A stretch of DNA of 63,375 nt, counting the filler, from Octopus bimaculoides (Eukaryota), in the NCBI RefSeq assembly GCF_001194135.2. It is 7 parts of 7 records of this genome, joined end to end, with 100 filler letters (N's around TTAATTAATTAA, not from the genome) between each part and the next. Parts side by side here need not be neighbours in the genome. Positions count along the whole stretch, not along the records: positions 1 to 17,389 come from NC_068984.1; positions 17,490 to 40,015 come from NC_068993.1; 5 more parts are not named here. One strand, written 5' to 3'. The position numbers and the translations under genes were made by a program. Each line of letters starts with the position of its first letter. The stretch's first letter is position 1. This document shows positions 14,175-26,653 of the stretch, in pieces. Below the pieces are notes generated by a model. It worked only from the letters and a program-made list of their open reading frames with translations, did no database searches and was not told the origin of the DNA.

Positions 14175-14358
14175 ATGGTGGTTGTCTACTCCTTATGCAG
14201 AGTTTGACCACCTCCTGTACCTACACCTTTGAACCTACATCATGGCGTCTAACGTGGCTTTTTAAACCAGAAAATGTTTTGAAAAGACACCCACATAAAC
14301 TGCATATCCGATTTGGACCACCAAGAGTTGCAGTTAAGTTCTGATCTTTGTGGATCTT
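14175..14358 (-). mobile_element. RTE-like LINE 3' end with C-terminal C2H2-like finger
   Basis: ...GGPNRICSLCGCLFKTFSGLKSHVRRHDVGSKV* is a single CxxC..H..H finger right before the stop, followed by a short UTR and a microsatellite, as in RTE ORF2 ends. The 5' part is lost in the gap. Confidence 0.6.
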
Positions 14359-14618
14359 NNNNNNNNNNNNNNNNNNNNNNNNNNNNNNNNNNNNNNNNNN
14401 NNNNNNNNNNNNNNNNNNNNNNNNNNNNNNNNNNNNNNNNNNNNNNNNNNNNNNNNNNNNNNNNNNNNNNNNNNNNNNNNNNNNNNNNNNNNNNNNNNNN
14501 NNNNNNNNNNNNNNNNNNNNNNNNNNNNNNNNNNNNNNNNNNNNNNNNNNNNNNNNNNNNNNNNNNNNNNNNNNNNNNNNNNNNNNNNNNNNNNNNNNNN
14601 NNNNNNNNNNNNNNNNNN

Positions 14619-14669
<51 letters not shown>

Positions 14670-15429
14670 ATGTATGTATGTATTTATGTATATACACGTA
14701 TACACATATGCATGCATTTAATTGTGATTAGTAAAAACGTTAAGAACTTTCACAAAACTAAACAAAAACTTAGAGACTAGATTGACAGAAACCATTACGA
14801 ATACTTTCACTAATCGATTCCTTTGTTCATTGACTCCAATCACCCAAACTTATTATTTACTTAATAGGTGTTGGATAAACGACCGAATTACTGGTTATTA
14901 AAATAGGTCAAGTAAACATCACAAGAAATATTGGAAAACAATTTTTTATTAAACTATGCAACTCCACATATTTTCTGAAGTGGTATCTGGATGAACTACA
15001 ACAACCAGTTTCGGCGCCATATCTTTGACAGCAGACAGAGCATAAATTATTACACCCCCATGTACAGAACTGATTGAATATTATGTTAGACCTTTAAGAA
15101 ATCATTATTGTTCAATAGTCTTATCTTTATTGCATACTTTCGTTGGATGACCACAGCTCGTCTGTGCGCCTTCTATCTTTTACTGTTTTACTTGATATTT
15201 TTGTGGATTTCAATACATATTTCATGATAGTTTCCAAGTTGTATAAACCACAACTGACCTGTATTTGCAGTAAATACAATCTATTACTCTTCTGTTTATC
15301 TTGAAATATCAGAGTATGAGTCATGACTTAAACTTGTTCACAATTTAAAATATTCATGGTTCTCTTCTTGCAATTGGTTACTCTTTCTACTACGATTGAG
15401 CAGAAAGAGTAATTAACTAGCAACATCAT

Positions 15430-15725
15430 TGCAAAAAAATCCTGGTACAGCTTTTCAGATGATCAGCTGGGATGGAGAGGATATCCTGAACTGCTACCAG
15501 AAAATAGAAGAAGAGAAGGCGTTGGATGTTGTGGCGGAAAAGTCGGGCACGCAGAAAGGAGCACAGTAATACCTGCAAGTCAATGAATTCATTTAGATGT
15601 GATCTCTGCAACGGAAAATATTACTCCAGCATTGGTCTTTTCACCCACAAACGACGCTGCTTCTAAATGATAAACACTACAAGGATGTAGGCCATGGTCA
15701 ACCATGGCCGAAGGAATCCTATAAA
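15430..15725 (+). mobile_element. RTE (BovB-like) LINE 3' end
   Basis: Frame reads ...RKSRARRKEHSNTCKSMNSFRCDLCNGKYYSSIGLFTHKRRCF* (RTE CxxCxxxxxSxIGLxSHxRxC motif), then a short 3' UTR ccatggtcaaccatggccgaaggaatcc. Confidence 0.75.
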
Positions 15726-15738
15726 TGAATAGATAAAT

Positions 15739-16132
15739 AAATGAACTTTAGGCTAGTTAAAATATGTTTGTGATATATCTTAACTTCTAAAGGCAAATTC
15801 CCTGCAGTTACTTTGAAGAAAAATAATTCTCTCTTATGACAAAAAGTATAAAAACACCATACCAGTCCAGTACTTCCCTCTATCGGCCGTTTCTGGCTCT
15901 TTAGCCTTCTTCAATAGGAAATACTGAAGAGAGATAATCTTAGGCAGATTCAAAGCCGTAGCTTTAACTAAAAAGCGGTCAACATCAGTGACTGAGTCGC
16001 ACTATTCGACCGCATGGTCGGGATAAATATAAATATAAGAGATAATTCTTTTCTCCACGTTAACAGTAGTAAATTTAGCTTTAGAAGTTAAAATATGTCA
16101 CAAACGTATTTTAATTAACCATAAGTTCATTT
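15739..16132. mobile_element. MITE/foldback-like element with ~100-bp imperfect terminal inverted repeats
   Basis: 15739-15837 (aaatgaactttaggctagttaaaatatgtttgtga...aataattctctcttat) is approximately the reverse complement of 16035-16132; no ORF inside. Confidence 0.7.
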
Positions 16133-16479
16133 TCTCCTAACCACTGCTTGCCGCTGATACTGTTAAATAAATAAAATAAATAAAATAAACTTTTTCTACT
16201 AAAGACTTTCTATGAAATCACCACAACCAAAATCAGCACCGTCCAGAGCGCTTTCAAATCCTTAAGAGGCTTATGCGCCAAGAGCCACCGGATCAGCGTC
16301 ACTCAGGAGTCATGTGATTTACAAGACTGGACATAGGATCTATGCCCAGTAATACAGCCAGAATGGGCAGTCGTCTAATCCGAACTGTGAACTTCCACCG
16401 AGTTCCATGCATTTGGATATATTCATCTGGATGAGTGGCTTCGTTGCTAGAATATCCTCGATTTTACTATGGCAAATAG

Positions 16480-16549
16480 CAAACAACAATGACGAAACCA
16501 ACACTACTAACAACAACAGTAACAAGAACAAAAACAAGAACAGCAACAA

Positions 16550-16593
<44 letters not shown>

Positions 16594-16620
16594 GCAGCAG
16601 CGGCAGCAGTAACAGCACCT
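16480..16620. repeat. (AAC)n/(CAG)n compound trinucleotide repeat
   Basis: Direct reading. Confidence 0.95.
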
Positions 16621-17348
16621 CTGTTAGTTAACCAGAAATAAAAAAAAAAATGTAAAGGAAGAAGAATGAAAAATGAAAAGGAATCCACCAGAGTAAAATG
16701 GTGAGATAGCTTTGACATTTGTATAGAGTAGCTAGTTGATAATCTCATGCAGCTTTGTTTAAGGTCACTCTATGGTAAACTCTGCTGAACAAGAACAGAA
16801 ACCCGCACAAACATCAAGATTTTGGATGTTTTTTTGAGTGGAATTTGACGAACCGTATGAAAATAACTGGACTTTTATAAGGTTGATGACGTAAACATTT
16901 CAGGAGTGGCAGACGATATTGTTAGCTGGCAGCTGCATACAGCTCTATCCGCATTCCTAACTAACCACATACTAACCCACATATCCCCATAAACCGCATA
17001 CCTGACTAAATACCTTTATAAAAACCTCTCTGCCTTACCCTTCCATCTATCTACATGCCAGTCTACATAAACTCCAATCAATATAGTGATCTACCTAACT
17101 AGATACATAACTATATACATATCTACGTACTGTCTACCAACTTACCAACACCTACCAAGCCATTTAATAATCAGCCTACCCACACATAACCCCAAAACAC
17201 ACCTAGCTCTATCTAATTACCTGCAGGCAGTTTGATTAATCGTTCTATCGGTTAATCAATCAATCAATCAGCTAAAGTTGTCAGTCCTTTCGTTGGCATT
17301 TGCGACTTCATCAATGATACAACCTCTCTACTCCCAACCTCCTTCAGG

Positions 17349-17389
<41 letters not shown>

Positions 17390-17489
17390 NNNNNNNNNNN
17401 NNNNNNNNNNNNNNNNNNNNNNNNNNNNNNNNNTTAATTAATTAANNNNNNNNNNNNNNNNNNNNNNNNNNNNNNNNNNNNNNNNNNNN
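17390..17489. other. Assembly join spacer 44N-TTAATTAATTAA-44N (also at 40016-40115, 45333-45432, 54025-54124, 58831-58930, 60421-60520)
   Basis: Six identical 100-bp structures; TTAATTAATTAA gives stop codons in all six frames. Confidence 0.97.
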
Positions 17490-17520
<31 letters not shown>

Positions 17521-17521
17521 A

Positions 17522-17598
<77 letters not shown>

Positions 17599-17923
17599 GC
17601 TATGTGTTTTTCTGCCTGTCCGCGTATAAGATTACTCGCCAATTAATACAGTGGTGATGGCTGCACATCGTGTGACACTGAAAATCGGTTTAAAATCAAG
17701 ATATCAAGATTTATCTAAATCCAAGTAAGTTATTTGTTTACATCGTAGTGTGCAAAGCAATTAGAGAAATCAGGTCATCATAGCCATTGGATGTATTATA
17801 CAAACTTAAATATACATCAGAACAAGATCGTTACTATATTAATGTGTGGTGGTGAGACGAGCAGTTTAAGACGGTCAATATTGTACATCTATTTTCTGGA
17901 CTCTTCATTCGAGGTTTGTAATC

Positions 17924-18088
17924 TGTTGTGTCGACGCCCCCAGGCGAAGAAGTAGGATCTCCCAAGACATATAAATAGAGGTAGTCTGGCCGTGGTAAGA
18001 GTGTTGAGTAGCAGTCGAGTAGCAGTTGTGTAGCGGTTGAGTAGAGATCATCCGAAGGTGCTAGATAGCAGTAGCTTGAGACAGAACA
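17924..18088 (+). mobile_element. Solo LTR (165 bp) with 5-bp TSD
   Basis: TG...CA termini (TGTTGTG...AGAACA), TATAAATA at 17970-17977, identical flanking TAATC at 17919-17923 and 18089-18093; 160/165 identical to the copy at 22957-23121. Confidence 0.85.
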
Positions 18089-18915
18089 TAATCTATCATG
18101 TCTACCGAAGTGGCCACTGAAGTGTCACATTTTATTCTTTATTTCAGAGAGGTGAGACAAAAGAGAGGGTGTTGCTAGATTGGAATGCATAACATCGAGG
18201 AACATAACCAAATGTTTTTGTATGTAATATCAGACACCCTCCATCTCTTATTTTTACATAATAAAGACCTTCATAAGCTGAATTCTCAAGTAACCATCAC
18301 CCAGGAAAAAACAATGAATAAACGTATAATAAAGATGATAATTTTCGTGCGAGCGCTGACTCAAATTTGGAGTCGAATTGTGGTTTTAACACCGACCATC
18401 AGGTGTCAGTAGCAGCCAGTCGCTATATTCAGTCGTTCAAGTATTTCATTTACAGATTATCCGTACTCCGTTACTTTGGTAAATTTTCTCGGAACGCAAA
18501 AACCCATCTATAATAATGTCTTCAGCTAGAAATGTTAATTAAAGTAAAAGAATTTCTACTAATTGGCTTTAATTAATTGTCATTAAAAGAAAGTTGCTAT
18601 GATATCTAAAATGGATCGCTCTGCTTTAAAGTGCAGTCATTTTATTTTTCATTCAATCAGTTAATAAAACTTGGTCTTTATTAATATCACGCTTATATTT
18701 CTTCATATTTCTCTCGTTTTTAGAAAATTCAGAATATTAACAATAAGACTGATCTATGTATAGAGTTTCTAATGAATTTTATAAGGTGTTATGTTAATTT
18801 AATTAGCCATGATCGGATATCCGGAAATGTTGGTTATCCAACAAAGCTGCGATCCCTCTGGTAATACAAACTGTTCTTAGTTTATACATAACGCGTCAAA
18901 TATTGTGTGTGTGTG

Positions 18916-18952
<37 letters not shown>

Positions 18953-19440
18953 CTTTAATTAGGAAAAAGTAGAAATAGTAGAAAGTCACCGGATACATTA
19001 ATTTTTAATTAAATAACTTATTGTAAACAAGTAATTCTTACGCATGGTGATGATTCGGCGTAAAACGCCATTGTCTGGATTCATAAAGGTTATATTTAGA
19101 TACTCGAAACCTCGCCCCAACATCCAGGTTTTAGTTAATCATCCATTTGTACTTCTAAACGTGGAGGATAAACTTTCGTACAACCCAACTTCCTTAAAAC
19201 GCCTTTTACTGACCATGTCGGTTGTTGGTAATGGTCAATCAAAATCTCCGATCAATAGAGAAAGTCATAAAGAAGTTTTGTCAGTCTAACGTGATATTGT
19301 TTTCAGTAATACGTATTTCCTCCGTTGAAATCGCTATCGCCATATTGCCGAACAGAAGTTATGAGAATTATGTACAAGCACCAACTAATTGAAATTTTAT
19401 TAGAACTAGCGCAATTATTTTTATATAGACAATAAAAAAA

Positions 19441-19765
19441 TAAAACTGGCACTTCGTCGATTACGACGACGTGGGTTCCAGTTGATGCGATGAACGGAAC
19501 AGCCAGCTCGTGAAATTAACGTGCGATGGCTGAGCACTCCACAGACACACGTACTCTTAACGTAGTTAACAGGGAGATTCAGCGTGACACAAAATGTGAC
19601 AAGGCTTACCCTTTGAAATTACAGGTACTACTCATGTTTGCCAGCTGAGTGGACTGGAGCAACGTGAAATAAAGTGTCTTGCTCTAGTTGACACATCAAG
19701 CCGCTGGAAATGAACTCATGACCTCACAATCATAAGGCGAATACCCTAACAGCTAAGCCACACTC
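19441..19765 (-). mobile_element. SINE family D copy (tRNA-like head, shared core, tail type 1)
   Basis: Reverse complement of head gtggcttagctgttagggtattcg... and core aagacactttatttcacgttgctccagtccactcagctggc. Confidence 0.8.
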
Positions 19766-20300
19766 ATTCAGTTAAATAGACAATATATTGTAAACAAATA
19801 CTGCACCCAGAAAATAAATATCTCGGCGTAAAATTTCAGCACAAATCTTTAATATATTTGCAATATATAGTGCAGAATTTACAAGATTCGCGTTATTATC
19901 GCTACATTTCGTTTTCATCGAAACCTTTCAAGTTGAAAGGCTAAACTTTTTTGGCGTAACTAAGAACAAGGTAATTTTGATCGAATGCTTTTCACTAGGT
20001 TACATAGAATAACGTAGAAACCTGACACTCATCATTATACTCCAAGTTAACTTCGATTCCAACTGATCTGGAAACATACAAAACTGAGTTTATTTGAAGC
20101 TAACTAAAAAACAAAATGGTCTCTTTGCGGGCAACTGACGTGTTAGATAAAGCAGCCAAGTTTTCCTAAAACCATCACATTGTACCATCTTCAGTTGGGA
20201 AAGGACTAACTGTAAAAATGGGTTCTGCATCTACAAACAGACCTGATAACGCATACGTGCATACATACATGCATACATACATACATACATACATACATTA

Positions 20301-20491
20301 CTGTATTATCACTGATAGAATACAGCATCGCAAAGGCATATTCCAAGGGGACAGCCTCTCTGTAATGTTTCTACTTTCTCTAAACCCCTTGTCATTCATA
20401 TTAAGAAAGTCTGAGGGATATCATTGGTTCACAAGGAAATAGAAATACCAAAATTACACACTACTACTTTGTGAACGACTTGAAACTATAT
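20301..20491 (+). mobile_element. Non-LTR retrotransposon RT fragment (R4/Dong-like)
   Basis: IITDRIQHRKGIFQGDSLSVMFLLSLNPLSFILRKSEGY, frameshift, then KITHYYFVNDLKLY. Matches GIFQGDSLSPLLF and LxMDDLKLY of RLE-type elements; catalytic YxDD is degraded. Confidence 0.8.
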
Positions 20492-20599
20492 ATATAGCAT
20501 ATATATATATATATATATATATATATGCTACTTTTCACTCTTATTTATGTATTTTTGGTTTTTAATTGCTATAACCATCTATATGATAAAGTATATAAT

Positions 20600-21150
20600 A
20601 TATCCTTTGTCTCCTCTAGGCACAAGGCTCAAAATTTTCCTGGAGGGAGCCAGGTGGAATTTGAACTCAGAGCGTAAACAGATGAAATANNNNNNNNNNG
20701 ACTTAATCCATTTGTCTGTCCTTGTTTGTCCCCTCTATGATTAGCCCCTTGTGGGCAGTAAAGGAATAAGAAACGTTAGCACGCCGGGCGAAATGCTTAT
20801 AGGTATTTCGTCTGTCGCTTTTTTTTCTTTACGGGATTCGATAAATTAAGTACCAGTTACGCACTGGCGTCGATGTAATGGACTTAATCCATTTGTCTGT
20901 CCTTGTTTGTCCCCTCTATGATTAGCCCCTTGTGGGCAGTAAAGGAATAAGAAACGTTAGCACGCCGGGCGAAATGCTTAGCGGTATTTCATCTGTCTTA
21001 ACGCTCTGAGTTCAAATGCCGCCTTTCATCGACTCTGCCTTTCATCCTTTCGGGGTCGATAAATTAAGTACCAGTTGCGTACTAGGGTCGATCTAATCGA
21101 GTGGCCCCCCACCCCCAAAATTTCGGGCCTTATGCTTTGAGTAGAAAAGA
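20600..21150. mobile_element. SINE family B cluster: minus-strand fragment (20600-20689) and plus-strand head-to-tail tandem (20700-21150)
   Basis: Core cgttagcacgccgggcgaaatgctta...gcctttcatcctttcggggtcgataaattaagtaccagt; 20700-20799 is identical to 20881-20980. Confidence 0.85.
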
Positions 21151-22148
21151 ATATATCATAATATATTAATTTATCGTTATAATATCTTATTGTATTTTTA
21201 TATACACTTGAACCGTTTTAAATTTTAGCGCCCGATATTCAACGGTCTTTTTTTCTTTCATCAGCAAATGGGAAGCAAGCTGTCTCTTTAAGCTGAAGTA
21301 AATTGTAGAAATCCCTGAAGAGAAATGAAACTATATTGCTCAAATTTCGAAATCATGTGATAGAATTTTATCAAACGACTTCATTTTGTGAGTTTTATCT
21401 CGTTGGAGAAAGTTGTGGCTTACCACTCGCAGTCCCTGAACATTTGATGAAGTTGGTGATTTTGTGTGGCTAATCGAGTCATATTTATAGCTCCCTATAT
21501 TATAATGTATTTAATATATCATAATATATTAATTTATCGTTATATCTTATTGTGTGTGTGGGGGGGATTCTTTCTCAAGCTTCTTAACACACAGCCGCGA
21601 ACATTTCAGGCTTCGCCTAAATAGTATCTGGTTATGGAGTTACTTCCCTTGCTCATGTTATCGATAACGTCCATGTTTACGTGTGTGCATGCCTGCCTGT
21701 ACGCATGAATACGTACTATGTAGTCGCCCATTAATTTATTTACTGTCATTTCCCACAACCCAAACAGTCCCTTTTAATAAATTACTACTACACATAAGCA
21801 AGACAAATCGGAAGTATAAAAAGCGATATTAATTTACTCGACTGAATCCGGCTGCGACTGGTATTTGTTGTACCAGAGTGACCAAACTGAGGAACGTCCG
21901 AGTAAAAATGTCATGGAGTTCAGACAAAGCGAATGGTATAAGTTCGAAAGATAATACACACACACATACACACACACACTCACAAACACACAAACACACA
22001 CACACATATGAACGTATGTATCACTACGTATAAATATATATGCATGAGTACATATATATATATATGCATATATGTATCTGTGTATCTATATGTATGTGTG
22101 TGTATATATATAATACAAATATCTGAGTATATGCATATATACGTACAT

Positions 22149-22228
<80 letters not shown>

Positions 22229-22901
22229 GGATATATACATAAAATGAGTGAATAGTATAGTATATATATATATATAGATAGATACATAGATACATAGATA
22301 GATGTACACACATGCACAGACACACAAACGCACACACAAACATACATACATACTTTCATAAAACATTATTACTCCCAAAAGATACTAAAATCTGTTCCAC
22401 TCCTCTCCGCACCGCTATACACCACACGACTCCAGAACTCACCACACCACTGCTAACAAGCAATTAATTGCTATAAAACGGAAATCGGAAACATTTTCCG
22501 TCCCGAAAATTAGTAAATGAATTAAATATTTTTCTACTCTAAAATGTTGCGCGTACCACTCATGTCGAGATCGTTGAGTCATGATACTGTATGTAGATAT
22601 ATATATATATATANNNNNNNNNNNNNNNNNNNNNNNNNNNNNNNNNNNNNNNNNNNNNNNNNNNNNNNNNNNNNNNNNNNNNNNNNNNNNNNNNNNNNNN
22701 NNNNNNNNNNNNNNNNNNNNNNNNNNNNNNNNNNGTCCGTCTATATATGTTTGCGCAAATGTACTAATCTCCTTGTGTGGTTTTTATGCTCACACGCACG
22801 CACGCACACGCACACACACACACACACACAGGCATATACACATACACACACACGCGCACATACATTGACAGACACACATACATACATACATACATACATA
22901 C

Positions 22902-23121
22902 TGTTATGTGTCAATACTACACAGTGGCTGTGTGAGCATCTCATCCTCGTCGCCACTGTTATGTCTCAAGCTACTGCTATCTAGCACCTTCGGATGATCT
23001 CTACTCAACCGCTACACAACTGCTACTCGACTGCTACTCAACAAACCAACCACGGCCAGACTACCTCTATTTATATGTCTTGGGAGATCCTACTTCTTCG
23101 CCTGGGGGCGTCGACACAACA
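22902..23121 (-). mobile_element. LTR (22957-23121) + primer-binding site (22938-22955) + short remnant ending like the LTR 3' end
   Basis: Second copy of the 165-bp LTR, followed after 1 nt by TGGCGACGAGGATGAGAT (near-complement of the tRNA-Ser(GCU) 3' end). The unit ends in gacacataaca and is flanked by GTATG on both sides within (TACA)n. Confidence 0.8.
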
Positions 23122-23134
23122 CATACATACATGC

Positions 23135-23535
23135 ATGCATGCATGTATGGTCGAGAACTTTGCTCTTCAACCATGGGATTTCCGGTCCAGATCACCGCTG
23201 GATACCTTCGGTTAGTATCTTTCTACTGTATCCCCGATTCGACCAATGCTTTGAGAATGAACTTGGTAAACATAAACTCTCAGCATCGCCTCTTATATGT
23301 ATGTTTACGTGTGTGTGTATGAGTGTATTCCAACGCGAGCGTTTGCGTGTATGCATGCGGGTTACCGTGATCATTTTTTTATTTTACCTAACAGTGCTTG
23401 ACGACCAGAGTTGGTTTAATTACACTCCACTTAACTTACAGAAAAAGAGCGATAAAATAAGTAACAGACTTAAGAATACGTACAGGGTTCGATTTCTACG
23501 ACTAAAGACTTCACAGCGGGGCACCAGTAATGGCA
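23135..23535 (+). mobile_element. Old, diverged full-length SINE family A copy
   Basis: Degraded head (aaccatgggatttccggtccag...gaccaatgctttgagaatgaacttggtaaac), TG-rich spacer, degraded tail (gagcgataaaataagtaac...gactaaag...ggggcaccagtaatggc). Confidence 0.6.
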
Positions 23536-23561
23536 TGTTTATATACATGCAAGCGTGTGCA

Positions 23562-23648
<87 letters not shown>

Positions 23649-23900
23649 TACTCATATTTTCTTGTACGTAATATGTTCTGAAAGAAAATTATAGACTCTA
23701 TGCAATATACATCCTGTCAGGTTTCGAATATTATTTCTAAGAAGCGGAAAGTATCCAAATATAATCTTTTAAAGCTGTTGGCAACATTCTTTGTTGCTAT
23801 TTAGAGGTGAAACTCAACCGATAATTAACCTCTGTCTATATTTCACACTCTGTCTCCCTACAAACACCTCCCACGTACATACACACGCGTACTGACACAC

Positions 23901-24004
<104 letters not shown>

Positions 24005-24423
24005 CTAAAATAGATAGTTAAAAGTATTAGATATGCCATAATTTCTAAATGAGATATTCGAGATACATCCTTCTCTTTTACATCAAGTTATTGCACCGAC
24101 AACCTGTTGACTCATTTTATATCTCAATTAACTTAAAATATAATTATACTGACGTGGTTCATTTGCATCTCTGAACGGCTGTAGCTCCTGGCATGCACTT
24201 AATACTCACATCTGATACTCTCCTAGGAGTGTTTTTACTTCAGAGCTGGAAGTCAGCGTCAGTTGAGTCTGTGGCCCACAAGTTCTTCATTATGTTTGTT
24301 GCTTGTTGTAGGCCAACGATGTTTTCTTAACCTATTGTCAAATTTAATGCATTAAATTTCGGCCATTGAACATTTGCTGGCTTTTCGATAGGCATTTTTT
24401 TTTCTTGGTCAGAATCTCTTCTG

Positions 24424-24625
24424 CGTGGCTCTGTGGTTAGAAGCTTCTTCTCAACAACATGGTTCTGGATTCAGTCCCACAGCGTGACACCTTGAGCATG
24501 TGTTTTCTGCTATTGATTCGGGCCGCCCAAAACCTTGTGAGTAGGTTTATTGATCAGAACACAGAAAGAAACAAGGAGAGAAAAGAAATGTCTGTAGTGG
24601 TCAGTGATCTATCATGGCGAATGCC

Positions 24626-24716
<91 letters not shown>

Positions 24717-24860
24717 AATATATATACATACATATATATTGTCATTGGTCAACCGGGTACTCTAGAACAAGACACTTGTTGAAGGTGCTATGGAATGGCA
24801 CTAAACTTGGAACCACGTGATCGCGATGTGAGCTTCTCAGCCACACACCCTTACCTACGC
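24424..24860. mobile_element. Two SINE family A heads in opposite orientation converging on a (TA)n tract
   Basis: Plus head 24424-24580, (TA)n ~24630-24740, minus head 24741-24860 (agacacttgttgaaggtgc...ggaaccacgtg...agcttctcagccacacacc). Confidence 0.75.
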
Positions 24861-25309
24861 CAATCTCTTTACAAAGAGAATCCTATATTTCTTCTTTATA
24901 GTATTACCATTTCCTTGAAGTACAATACAATGATGAGAATATATCAGAACGCTGAAACATTATCGGAATGTTGTCACGTGTTGCATATATTCAACACTGT
25001 TATCTTGCTGAGCTTACTACTTTAGTATATGTATAAATCTAGTATATGTATAAATCTAGTATATGTATAAATCATAAGTAGATTGACAAACTGTAGACTA
25101 CTTCAACCTCTGTTTCTAGGTGTATATTATCACATTTAGAAACAAATTACGGCCAGATTACATCGTAAAATTCCAAGACAGAATTATTATAAGAAAATCA
25201 GTTTCAATTAATTCATTTTCAACGAATTATACATTTAATTTCTATAACTTCTCACCGCGAGAGCTTTGCGGTAATTAGTGGGAAATGAAGAGGTAAGTAA
25301 GATATAATA

Positions 25310-25317
25310 AAAACAGT

Positions 25318-25393
<76 letters not shown>

Positions 25394-25730
25394 CAGATAG
25401 ATAGGCATTCATTAATATACATAAGTACATACACATACATTCGTTCTTATATGTAATACATACGTATGTACATACATACATACACACATACATACATACA
25501 TACATATATACATACATATATATGCACAAGAAACAGTCATTAGTTATAAATGGGAAATAAGTAACAGTAAGTATACACAAATACAAACATACATATATAT
25601 ATATATATATACATACATACATACATAAATACATACTATCTACCCACCTACTTACCTACCTACCTACATACATACATACATACATACATACATACATACA
25701 TACATACATACATACATACATGCACATACG
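25310..25730. repeat. (GATA)n/(TACA)n/(TACC)n microsatellites
   Basis: Direct reading. Confidence 0.97.
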
Positions 25731-26085
25731 CCACAAACACACAAGGAGTTATTAACTGAGTTAGAAATTAAGCAGTCTAGCATTTAGCAAATATGTGAAA
25801 TGACTTAGCAGTGGCATTAATTAATATGTTCAAACGATGTCGTCTTCCGTTTTAGATCTCTGGATAATTAATGATAATTAAAGCAAGATGCCCACGTGAT
25901 TACTCATGATTAGAAAAATCAGAACACGTTGTTTATAGTGTTGTTGTTGTTGTTGACGTTTAACCCTAGGTCAAATATGTCCCCTAGCAGGTTGATCAAG
26001 AAAAACGCTCCAGTTATGGCCATTATTTTTAGCTATTTGTGTATCTGACAGTTCTTTTTGTTTTCCCTTTTCTCATAAAACGGTA

Positions 26086-26345
26086 AACTGGTAAAGGTAA
26101 AGTTACCTTCGCGAATCATACCGACTCATAAGGGCTGGTTTCCCAGTTTCATAGCGTGTATATTCCCCATCTGGACAGAACGCCGGTCCATCGCAGAGTA
26201 ACTCATTTTTGCCAGCTGGGTGGACTGGAGCAATGTGAAATGAAGTCTTTTGCTCAAGAACACAATTTGTCACCCTGTCCAAGAATCGAAACCACAATTT
26301 TACAATGATGAGTCCAGCACCCTTACTACTAAGCCACGCACCTTC
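26086..26345 (-). mobile_element. SINE family D copy (tail type 2)
   Basis: Same head/core as 19441-19765 (ccagctgggtggactggagcaatgtgaaatgaagtcttttgctcaagaacac) with a different tail ending ggtaaaggtaaag on plus. Confidence 0.8.
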
Positions 26346-26473
26346 ACTCTAAGACGTTAGTGTCTTACTCGAGGTGGTTAAGGCGGTAGGCCCCAGAATG
26401 GGCACTTGCTCATGACTAAAAGGACTAACATTATGAAAAGAACAGTTTATCCTCAACTGCCTTATCCAATACT

Positions 26474-26617
26474 GGCTGTGTGGTAAGTAGCTTGCTTACC
26501 AACCACGTGGTTGGCACTCTGGGCAAGTGTCTTCTACTATAGCCTCGGGCCGACCAAAGCCTTGTGAATGGATTTGGTAGACGGAAACTGAAAGAAGCCC
26601 GTCGTATATACGTATAA

Positions 26618-26653
<36 letters not shown>

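Noticed and set aside
19044-19289. ORF and minus-strand gtaaga donor
   Set aside because: No good acceptor in an open frame; no homology.
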